Source: an uncultured Burkholderiales bacterium
GTDB lineage: Bacteria; Pseudomonadota; Gammaproteobacteria; Burkholderiales; Burkholderiaceae_E
Reading direction: 5' to 3'
Length of the DNA: 64,000 nt
Assembly: GCA_903903975.1 (NCBI GenBank)
Contig: CAIVAS010000132.1
Location: 345 to 64,344, forward strand
Made by a program: the position numbers and the translations under genes
Part shown: positions 22,037 to 29,081 of the stretch, piece after piece
How positions within the stretch are numbered: the stretch's first letter is position 1
How the letters are laid out: each line of letters begins with the position of its first letter
The notes under the pieces: generated by a model
Told to the model about the DNA's origin: nothing
Databases searched by the model: none
The model's input: only the letters and a program-made list of their open reading frames with translations

Positions 22037-23971
22037 ATGCCGCTGCCCAAGCCACCTACGAAGCCTGCCACCCTTCTCGACCTAGACACCGCACCGCTGG
22101 CGCGCGCTACGCGCGCCAAACCCCGCAGCCAGGCCGATGACGCCCCACCGGCAGCTGCATCAAACATCGCAATCCTCGGTGGAAACCGCAAGGCAGCGCT
22201 ATTACAGGCCACGCCGATTGGCGCACATGCTGACGCCACCGGGGCAGCTTTGCCCGCAACAGCCCGAAGTGCTGCGCCCGCACCTGCACCGATGATTGCG
22301 TCGGTGCAGGCGCCAGCCTTCATCTCGCCGATCACCGCGCCAATCAACGCACCTATCGGTCCGCAAGCCGCCCCCGACTCGCGCGCTGCAGTGGCAGCTC
22401 CGATCGCGGATGCGCGCACCGCAACCACCAACACGCGTTCGTCGCGCCCGGCTCGCAGCGCCAGGGCAGGCGCCAGCGCACAGCCCGAGCAACGCGCCGT
22501 TGCGACCATCGTCGCTTCGCCGGTGTCGCCAAGGCCTCGCCCGGCGAAAACCAGCCGCGCCGCGACACCCCGCGCAGCGCTGTCTCCCGAGGCAATCAAG
22601 CTCTTCGTGCTCGACACCAATGTGCTGCTGCACGATCCGTCGAGCCTGTTTCGCTTCGAAGAACACGACATCTTCCTGCCGATCGTGACGCTCGAAGAAC
22701 TCGACAACAACAAGAAGGGCATGTCCGAGGTCGCCCGCAATGCGCGGCAGGTGAGCCGATCGCTCGACGGACTGGTGGGCGATGTCGACGAGGGTATCGA
22801 GCAAGGCATCCTGCTTGACAAACTCGGCAGCCGCGATGCGATCGGGCGCCTCTTTCTGCAGACTCAGGCACTCGAAACTTCCCTGCCCGAGACACTCGCG
22901 GCCGGCAAGGCCGACAACCAGATCCTGGGCGTCGTCCAGGGGCTGCAGCGCAAATTCGCCGAGCGTCAGGTGGTGCTGGTGTCGAAAGACATCAATATGC
23001 GGATCAAGGCGCGCGCGCTCGGACTGCGTGCCGAGGACTATCACAACGATCAGGTCATCGACGATCTCGACCTGCTCTATGGCGGCACACTTCCCCTGCC
23101 CGCCGACTTCTGGGAGCGCCACAGCAAGGGCATGGAGTCGTGGCAGCAGGGCGGCTACAACTTCTATCGCATCAGCGGGCCGGCAGTCGCGAGCTTCATG
23201 CTCAATCAGTTCGTCTATCTCGACGGCGACATGCCACTCTCAGCTCAGGTCAAGGAACTCAACGGCAAGACCGCAGTGCTGCAGACCCTGCGCGACTACG
23301 GTCATCCCAAGCATGCGGTCTGGGGCCTGACCGCGCGCAACCGCGAACAGAATTTCGCGCTCAATCTGCTGATGAACCCCGAGGTCGACTTCGTAACCCT
23401 GCTGGGCCAGGCGGGCACCGGCAAGACCCTGCTCGCCCTGGCGACCGGCCTTGCCCAGACGCTCGAACACAAGCGCTACTCCGAGATCATCGTGACGCGA
23501 GCCACGGTGCCGGTCGGCGAAGACATCGGCTATCTGCCCGGCACCGAGGAAGAAAAGATGCAGCCCTGGATGGGCGCGCTCGAAGACAACCTCGAGGTGC
23601 TGAATCAGGGCAGCGGCTCGGGCGGCGAATGGGGCCGCGCTGCGGCGACCGATCTGATTCGTTCGCGCATCAAGGTCAAATCGATGTCCTTCATGCGTGG
23701 CCGGACCTTCATCAACAAGTTTCTGATCATCGATGAAGCGCAGAACCTCACGCCCAAGCAGATGAAGACCCTGGTTACCCGCGCCGGCCCCGGGACCAAG
23801 GTGATCTGCCTGGGCAATATCGCGCAGATCGATACGCCCTATCTCACCGAAGGCTCGTCAGGACTGACTTATGTCGTCGACCGCTTCAAGGGTTGGGCAC
23901 ATGCCGGGCATATCACCCTGCAGCGCGGCGAGCGTTCACGCCTGGCCGATTTTGCAGCCGACGCGCTGTAA
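22037..23971 (+). CDS. PIN-domain + PhoH-like ATPase (YlaK-type) with a low-complexity N-terminal region
   Basis: PIN motif LFVLDTNVLLHDP...IVTLEELD. PhoH Walker A LLGQAGTGKTLLALA and Walker B FLIIDEAQNLTP. Residues 1-170 are Ala/Pro-rich, so the true start is uncertain. Confidence 0.85.
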   Translation: MPLPKPPTKPATLLDLDTAPLARATRAKPRSQADDAPPAAASNIAILGGNRKAALLQATPIGAHADATGAALPATARSAAPAPAPMIASVQAPAFISPITAPINAPIGPQAAPDSRAAVAAPIADARTATTNTRSSRPARSARAGASAQPEQRAVATIVASPVSPRPRPAKTSRAATPRAALSPEAIKLFVLDTNVLLHDPSSLFRFEEHDIFLPIVTLEELDNNKKGMSEVARNARQVSRSLDGLVGDVDEGIEQGILLDKLGSRDAIGRLFLQTQALETSLPETLAAGKADNQILGVVQGLQRKFAERQVVLVSKDINMRIKARALGLRAEDYHNDQVIDDLDLLYGGTLPLPADFWERHSKGMESWQQGGYNFYRISGPAVASFMLNQFVYLDGDMPLSAQVKELNGKTAVLQTLRDYGHPKHAVWGLTARNREQNFALNLLMNPEVDFVTLLGQAGTGKTLLALATGLAQTLEHKRYSEIIVTRATVPVGEDIGYLPGTEEEKMQPWMGALEDNLEVLNQGSGSGGEWGRAAATDLIRSRIKVKSMSFMRGRTFINKFLIIDEAQNLTPKQMKTLVTRAGPGTKVICLGNIAQIDTPYLTEGSSGLTYVVDRFKGWAHAGHITLQRGERSRLADFAADAL

Positions 23972-24019
23972 GGCGCAGGTTCAGGCGGGCTGATCGCTCG
24001 CTTGAGCCACGCTCGGTCA

Positions 24020-24061
24020 GGCACGCTGAATAAGGCACGCGCAATAAGCCACGCTCAATAA
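24020..24061. repeat. 14-bp tandem repeat x3
   Basis: GGCACGCTGAATAA / GGCACGCGCAATAA / GCCACGCTCAATAA. The last unit contains the dnaB stop codon (minus strand). Confidence 0.8.
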
Positions 24062-25473
24062 GGATTGGCCGGCGCGAAATTTTCGAACTTGGTGTACTGA
24101 CCGAGGAAGGTCAGTGTCACAGAGCCGATCGGGCCGTTACGCTGCTTGCCGATGATGATCTCGGCCATGCCCTTGTTGGGTGAGTCCGGGTCGTAGCGAT
24201 CTTCGCGGTGGATAAAAAGGATGACGTCGGCATCCTGCTCGATGGCGCCCGACTCGCGCAGGTCGCTCATGATCGGCTTCTTGTCGTTGCGCTTTTCGAC
24301 TTCGCGCGACAACTGCGACAGCGCAATCACCGGCACATTGAGCTCCTTGGCCAGCGCCTTGAGCGATCGCGAGATCTCGGCCACCTCGGTAGCGCGATTT
24401 TCGCCCGATGAGCCTGTGCCGCTCATGAGCTGCAGGTAGTCGACCATGATCAGCCCGAGCTTGCCGTACTGGCGCGCCAGACGGCGTGCACGCGCCCGCA
24501 GCTCGAGCGGATTGAGCGCCGGCGTCTCATCGATGAAGAGATTGGCATCCTGCATCTTCTGGATGGCGCTGGTCAGGCGCGGCCAGTCGTCCTCGGTGAG
24601 ACGACCGGTGCGAAGCCGCTGCTGGTCGATCCGACCGACCGAACAGACCAGACGCATGGCGAGCTGGGTCGCGCCCATCTCCATCGAGAAGACCGCCACC
24701 GGCATGCCCTGGCTGATCGCCACATGCTCGGCCATATTGAGCGCAAAGGCGGTCTTGCCGACCGAAGGACGCGCCGCGATGATGATGAGGTCACCGGGCT
24801 GCATGCCCGAGGTCATCCGGTCGAGATCGGTAAAGCCGGTCGGCACACCGGTGATGTCGTTGGGATTTTCGCGGTTGTAGAGATCGTCGACCCGCTCGAC
24901 CACCTGGGCCAGCACCGACTGCAGGTCCTGGAAACCCACCCGACCGCGCGAGCCGTCCTCGGAAATCTGGAACATCCGCGATTCAGCTTCGTCGAGGATC
25001 TGCCGGGTGTCGCGTCCCTGCGGATTGAGAGCGGTGGTGGCGATTTCGTCGGAGACCGAGATCAGACGGCGCAGGATCGCCCGATCGCGCACGATCTCGG
25101 CATAACGCCTGACATTGGCCGCCGAAGGCGTGCCGCTGGCCAGTGCGTTCAGGTAAGACAGCCCGCCGGCCTCTTCGAGCTTGCCGGTTGATTTGAGCGC
25201 GTCCTGCAGCGTGAGCACATCGGCTGGCTGATTGCGCTCGAGCAGACGTGCCAGGTGTTGCCAGATCAGGCGATGGTCATGGCGGTAGAAGTCGGGCTCA
25301 CGCACGACATCACCGATTTTTTCCCACGCAGTGTTATCGAGCAGCACCGCGCCAAGCACCGACTGTTCGGCCTCGACCGAATGCGGGGGCACGCGCAGGG
25401 CGGCGACTTCAGCGTCTGCGCTCTGGGCCGGGGCCGCAGAACCGGGGGAGTTGGGGATCGGCAAACCTGACAT
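24055..25473 (-). CDS. dnaB: replicative DNA helicase DnaB
   Basis: PPHSVEAEQSVLGAVLLDN, IIAARPSVGKTAFALN Walker A, LIMVDYLQLM. 472 aa. Confidence 0.97.
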   Translation of the reverse strand: MSGLPIPNSPGSAAPAQSADAEVAALRVPPHSVEAEQSVLGAVLLDNTAWEKIGDVVREPDFYRHDHRLIWQHLARLLERNQPADVLTLQDALKSTGKLEEAGGLSYLNALASGTPSAANVRRYAEIVRDRAILRRLISVSDEIATTALNPQGRDTRQILDEAESRMFQISEDGSRGRVGFQDLQSVLAQVVERVDDLYNRENPNDITGVPTGFTDLDRMTSGMQPGDLIIIAARPSVGKTAFALNMAEHVAISQGMPVAVFSMEMGATQLAMRLVCSVGRIDQQRLRTGRLTEDDWPRLTSAIQKMQDANLFIDETPALNPLELRARARRLARQYGKLGLIMVDYLQLMSGTGSSGENRATEVAEISRSLKALAKELNVPVIALSQLSREVEKRNDKKPIMSDLRESGAIEQDADVILFIHREDRYDPDSPNKGMAEIIIGKQRNGPIGSVTLTFLGQYTKFENFAPANPY

Positions 25474-25502
25474 GGGTCGATGGGTCCTGCCGATGGACGA
25501 TC

Positions 25503-25537
25503 AAAAAAAGTGTCCGCCCGAACAGATCGGGCGGGAC
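25503..25537 (-). terminator. intrinsic terminator after rplI
   Basis: Minus-strand RNA forms CCGCCCGA-loop(5 nt)-UCGGGCGG (8 GC-rich bp plus 2 more across a bulge), followed by a run of 7 U. Located 20 nt after the rplI stop. Confidence 0.75.
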
Positions 25538-25557
25538 CCTTACACCCTCAAGGCCGA

Positions 25558-26010
25558 TCAGACCTCGGGGCTGACCGCTACCTTGATCGCCACGACCACG
25601 TCGGCATGCAGTGCAACGCTGACCTCATGGTCGCCGATGATCTTGAGCGGGCCATTGGGCAGACGCACCATGGCTTTCTCGACCGCGGCAAAGCCGTGCT
25701 TGTTGAGCGCAGTGGCGATGTCCATATTGGTCACCGAGCCGAACAGCCGCCCGTCGACGCCCGCCTTCTGGCTGATCGGCAGGCTCATGCCTTCGAGCTT
25801 GGCACCGACCGCCTGCGCCTCAGCCAGTTTGTCGGCCTGGATTTTCTCGAGATCGGCACGACGCGCCTCGAATTCCTTGATCGCGATCTCGGTGGCGCGG
25901 CGCGCCTTGCCTTTGGGGATCAGGAAGTTGCGGGCGTAACCGTCTTTGACCCGGACCACATCGCCCAGGGTGCCGAGGTTGACGACTTTTTCGAGCAGGA
26001 TGATCTGCAT
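25558..26010 (-). CDS. rplI: 50S ribosomal protein L9
   Basis: [36 protein letters not shown]. Confidence 0.95.
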   Translation of the reverse strand: MQIILLEKVVNLGTLGDVVRVKDGYARNFLIPKGKARRATEIAIKEFEARRADLEKIQADKLAEAQAVGAKLEGMSLPISQKAGVDGRLFGSVTNMDIATALNKHGFAAVEKAMVRLPNGPLKIIGDHEVSVALHADVVVAIKVAVSPEV

Positions 26011-26024
26011 GGTCGATCCTCAGG

Positions 26025-26300
26025 TCAGTGGTTGTCGGTGTAGGGCAGCAGCGCGAGGAAGCGGGCGCGATTGATCGCAACCGACAACTGGCGCTGATAA
26101 CGGGCTTTGGTACCGGTCAGACGAGCCGGCATGATCTTACCGTTCTCGTTGATGAAGTCCTTGAGCACGTCGACGTCTTTGTGGTCGATCCACTCGATCT
26201 TCTCGGCGGTGAACCGGCAAAAGCGCTTGCGCTTGAAAAGCGCGCTCTGTGCGGGCCGCTTGGGCTTCTTGTCTTTGCTGCCTCGGCGCATGAATGCCAT
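26025..26300 (-). CDS. rpsR: 30S ribosomal protein S18
   Basis: [50 protein letters not shown]. Confidence 0.95.
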   Translation of the reverse strand: MAFMRRGSKDKKPKRPAQSALFKRKRFCRFTAEKIEWIDHKDVDVLKDFINENGKIMPARLTGTKARYQRQLSVAINRARFLALLPYTDNH

Positions 26301-26301
26301 G

Positions 26302-26640
26302 TCAACAATCCTTTTCAGTAGTGCCGGTCAACGTCGGTTGTTCGGCAGTGATGTTCAATTCAAATTCAGTCAGGTGCAGCACGAGTGCCTTGGTGTTTCG
26401 TCGCCGTGCGGCCAGAAAGCCATCGAGGCGAAGCGAGGAGCCGAGAGGCACGCGGTCGAGCCGGAGAGCGATGCGGTCTGCTGCGAAAGCCGACATCTCG
26501 AATTCGACGCTCCGATCAACCCCGGCTTCGGCCTGGACCGATTGATGCGCCAGTTTCAGCGCAACGATCGGAACACCAGCGGGGGTATATCGGATGGCTT
26601 CGCGCTCGATCAGCGTCGCGATCAGACGAACCCGGTTCAA
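26302..26640 (-). CDS. priB: primosomal replication protein N (PriB)
   Basis: Single OB-fold-sized protein ([25 protein letters not shown]...) in the canonical rpsF-priB-rpsR slot. Confidence 0.8.
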   Translation of the reverse strand: MNRVRLIATLIEREAIRYTPAGVPIVALKLAHQSVQAEAGVDRSVEFEMSAFAADRIALRLDRVPLGSSLRLDGFLAARRRNTKALVLHLTEFELNITAEQPTLTGTTEKDC

Positions 26641-27020
26641 GCGAAGTTGCCGACCTGCCCTTCAGGTGCGCCAACCACGGTCTTGCGCGACTCTTCTTTC
26701 TGGATCCGACGCAGCATCGGCGACGCACCGGTTTCGGCCTTGGGCATCAGGACCACCAGATGGCGAAGCACCGCGTCGTTGAAGCGAAACGCATGATCCA
26801 GTTCGCCGAGCACTTTCTGGTCGCATTCGATGTTCATGAGCGCGTAATGGGCTTTGGCAACCTTCTGGATCGGATAGGCCAACTGCAGGCGGCCCCAGTC
26901 TTCGATCCGGTGCATCTTGCCCTGCTGGCCTTCGATCAGGGTCTTGTACCGCTCGATCATGGCAGGAACCTGCTCGCTCTGATCGGGGTGGACGATGAAA
27001 ACCACTTCGTAATGACGCAT
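26637..27020 (-). CDS. rpsF: 30S ribosomal protein S6
   Basis: [28 protein letters not shown]-track start 27080 trimmed to ATG 27020. Confidence 0.9.
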   Translation of the reverse strand: MRHYEVVFIVHPDQSEQVPAMIERYKTLIEGQQGKMHRIEDWGRLQLAYPIQKVAKAHYALMNIECDQKVLGELDHAFRFNDAVLRHLVVLMPKAETGASPMLRRIQKEESRKTVVGAPEGQVGNFA

Positions 27021-27196
27021 TGATTCCCCTTCTTGGAATTGATTGGCTGTTTCCTCTGAGTCGACCTGATGAAAAGCCAAACGCCCGATCGCACTGAATC
27101 ACGATCAAGCTTTTGCATCCAGCCGGCCGCCGGCTCGTGTCGGGGTGATACCGCCAAGTGATGGCGAAATCGGGTCCGTGCGGCGAGGAACCGCTA

Positions 27197-27226
27197 AGGA
27201 TAACTGGAAAGCTCACCGATTGTCCA
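27197..27226 (-). promoter_or_regulatory. possible sigma-70 promoter of the rpsF operon
   Basis: Minus strand reads TGGACA-18 nt-TATCCT. This would give a leader of about 170 nt. Confidence 0.3.
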
Positions 27227-27278
27227 GCGACCGGGTATCGCGGGACCTGCGCCCCTGATTTGTCCGATCGGTTTGCGC

Positions 27279-28040
27279 TCAGCTAGCCGGGTGTTGCTCG
27301 GACGGCGACTGACCGTCAGGCCTGAACGGATCGGCGTCGCCGTCGTAGAGCCGCCTCATCACACCGGCTTCTCGTGAGCAGACCAGCGACAGAAAGTCGT
27401 CGGCGCCGCGCATCGCCGCGAAGGTGCGAAACCCGTTTTCCAGAAAAGCGTGCATCGCGCCCAGGCCGGCCAGTGTCGCCGGGCGGCTCATCGCGCCCAG
27501 CAGCGTGCCGATCATCGGATGGCGCACCAGCGAATCGAGTGTTCTGCCGATGTGATCGACCAGCTCGATCTGCCGTTCCCGGTCGGTTCGCGAGCCGGCA
27601 CGCACATAGGCCCATGCAAACAGCGCGGTATCGATCGGTCGGCCGCGGTTGACCGGATCAGCCTTGATGACCCGGCATATCGCCAGGTCGAGGCGCTCGG
27701 ACAGCGCATCGAGCTCGATCGCATCAGCAATGGTGGCCAGCGCCGATCTTGGCAAAAATCGCACCAGGGTCGGAATCACCTTGGCCAGCTCGGTATCGCG
27801 CTGCGAGAAATCCTTGGCGCCATACAGTTCGTCGAGAAAAAATCGCGTCGCCTCGGCATAGCGGGGCTGCGCCAGCAGGTCGGCATGGGTGGCCGCCAGA
27901 CGCCTCGCCTGCCACAGGCGCACTTCGTCACGACGCTCACGCAGTCCGGCATCAGCCCCCTCCAGCGCCCGCAGGCCGGCGACCTCAGTCGCGGCAAATC
28001 GAAGTCGGACAGCATCATCCATGGCGTGGCTCGCATTCAC
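27279..28040 (-). CDS. conserved hypothetical protein with FFLDELY motif
   Basis: 253-aa ORF with coding-like composition and no enzyme motif I recognise. Contains ATRFFLDELYGAKDFSQRD, which I recall (unverified) resembles a RefSeq family named FFLEELY motif protein. Confidence 0.6.
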   Translation of the reverse strand: MNASHAMDDAVRLRFAATEVAGLRALEGADAGLRERRDEVRLWQARRLAATHADLLAQPRYAEATRFFLDELYGAKDFSQRDTELAKVIPTLVRFLPRSALATIADAIELDALSERLDLAICRVIKADPVNRGRPIDTALFAWAYVRAGSRTDRERQIELVDHIGRTLDSLVRHPMIGTLLGAMSRPATLAGLGAMHAFLENGFRTFAAMRGADDFLSLVCSREAGVMRRLYDGDADPFRPDGQSPSEQHPAS

Positions 28041-28082
28041 CTAGAATCGGTCGATGATCGCCGCATCGTTCAGGAACTGTCC

Positions 28083-29033
28083 ATGATCGCCCGAATTCAG
28101 CTGTCGATGCTGATCGGACAGATGCTGCTGGCCCTGCTGGTGGCGGCCTGGCTTGCCATGTCGGGGCGACTTCCGACGCCACTGGCCGTTCTGGTCGGCG
28201 CATTGGTGCCGCTGTCGATTCATGCGCTCGTGCTGGGATTCGACTTTTTGCTGGCCTGGGGCGTTCGCGCGCGACGCCCGCACGCCGGGCTCCTGCGGGG
28301 TTTATGGCTGTGGCTGAGCGCATGGATACTCGAAACCATCGCCTCGTTCAGAACGTTCAGCATCGCGCAGCCGCTGCTGGATCAGCGGCCGCTTGCCTCG
28401 GCCGATGCCGGATCGGCGCGTGAGCAGGTCCCGGTGCTGCTGATCCATGGCTTTTTCTGCAATCAGGCCATGTGGCTGCCACTGGCAAAGCGACTGGCCG
28501 CCGGCGGCCATGCCACTGCGGCGGTCAACCTCGAGCCGCCGCACGCATCGATCGACGACTATGTGCCCCAGATCGCCAAGGCGGTCGCCCAACTGCGCCA
28601 GCGGACCGGTGCGCCCAGGGTGGCTCTTGTGTGCCACAGCATGGGCGGGCTGGTCGCACGCGCCTACCTGCGTCGTCACGGTGACGCCGAGATCGCATCG
28701 GTCGTGACGCTGGGTTCGCCTCATCGCGGAACGGTTCATGCCCGATTCGCCCGGGGCACGAATGTCGGCCAGATGCGCCGAAACAGCCGCTGGCTGCAGC
28801 AGCTTGCCGCAGACGAGCCGCCCGACAGACTCAAACGCTTCACGGTCATCCGGACCTGGCAGGACAATATCGTGGCACCCCAGGGCGACCAGAGCCTGCC
28901 GGGCGCCACGACGATCGACTTCGCCGGCATGGGCCATGTCGGCCTGGTCTACAACCGCGAGGTGGCCAAGGCGGTCCTCGCCGCACTGGCCACGCCCGAT
29001 GGCGCGTCAGTTGCCACGGGGCGTGGCGTCTGA
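28083..29033 (+). CDS. membrane-anchored lipase-like alpha/beta hydrolase
   Basis: ORF-track frame 27450-29033 trimmed to ATG 28083, because the upstream part overlaps the opposite-strand gene. About three N-terminal hydrophobic segments, then LLIHGFFCN, nucleophile elbow CHSMGG, LGSPHRG. Confidence 0.7.
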   Translation: MIARIQLSMLIGQMLLALLVAAWLAMSGRLPTPLAVLVGALVPLSIHALVLGFDFLLAWGVRARRPHAGLLRGLWLWLSAWILETIASFRTFSIAQPLLDQRPLASADAGSAREQVPVLLIHGFFCNQAMWLPLAKRLAAGGHATAAVNLEPPHASIDDYVPQIAKAVAQLRQRTGAPRVALVCHSMGGLVARAYLRRHGDAEIASVVTLGSPHRGTVHARFARGTNVGQMRRNSRWLQQLAADEPPDRLKRFTVIRTWQDNIVAPQGDQSLPGATTIDFAGMGHVGLVYNREVAKAVLAALATPDGASVATGRGV

Positions 29034-29049
29034 CGCGCGGCTGGCTCAG

Positions 29050-29081
29050 GACTGACGCAGAAATCGACTAACGCAGAAATC
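29050..29081. repeat. 16-bp tandem duplication x2
   Basis: GACTGACGCAGAAATC / GACTAACGCAGAAATC. The second copy encodes the last residues and the TAG stop of the AAA+ gene (minus strand). The single mismatch falls in the stop codon. Confidence 0.85.

Noticed and set aside
22030-23122. 263-aa and 306-aa minus-strand ORFs opposite the PIN-PhoH gene
   Set aside because: They lie opposite a low-complexity GC-rich region where stop codons are rare. They have no motifs and no plausible RBS.
27450-28082. N-terminal 211 residues of track ORF 27450-29033
   Set aside because: This part overlaps the minus-strand gene 27279-28040 and is Arg/His-rich. The hydrolase starts credibly at ATG 28083 with hydrophobic segments.
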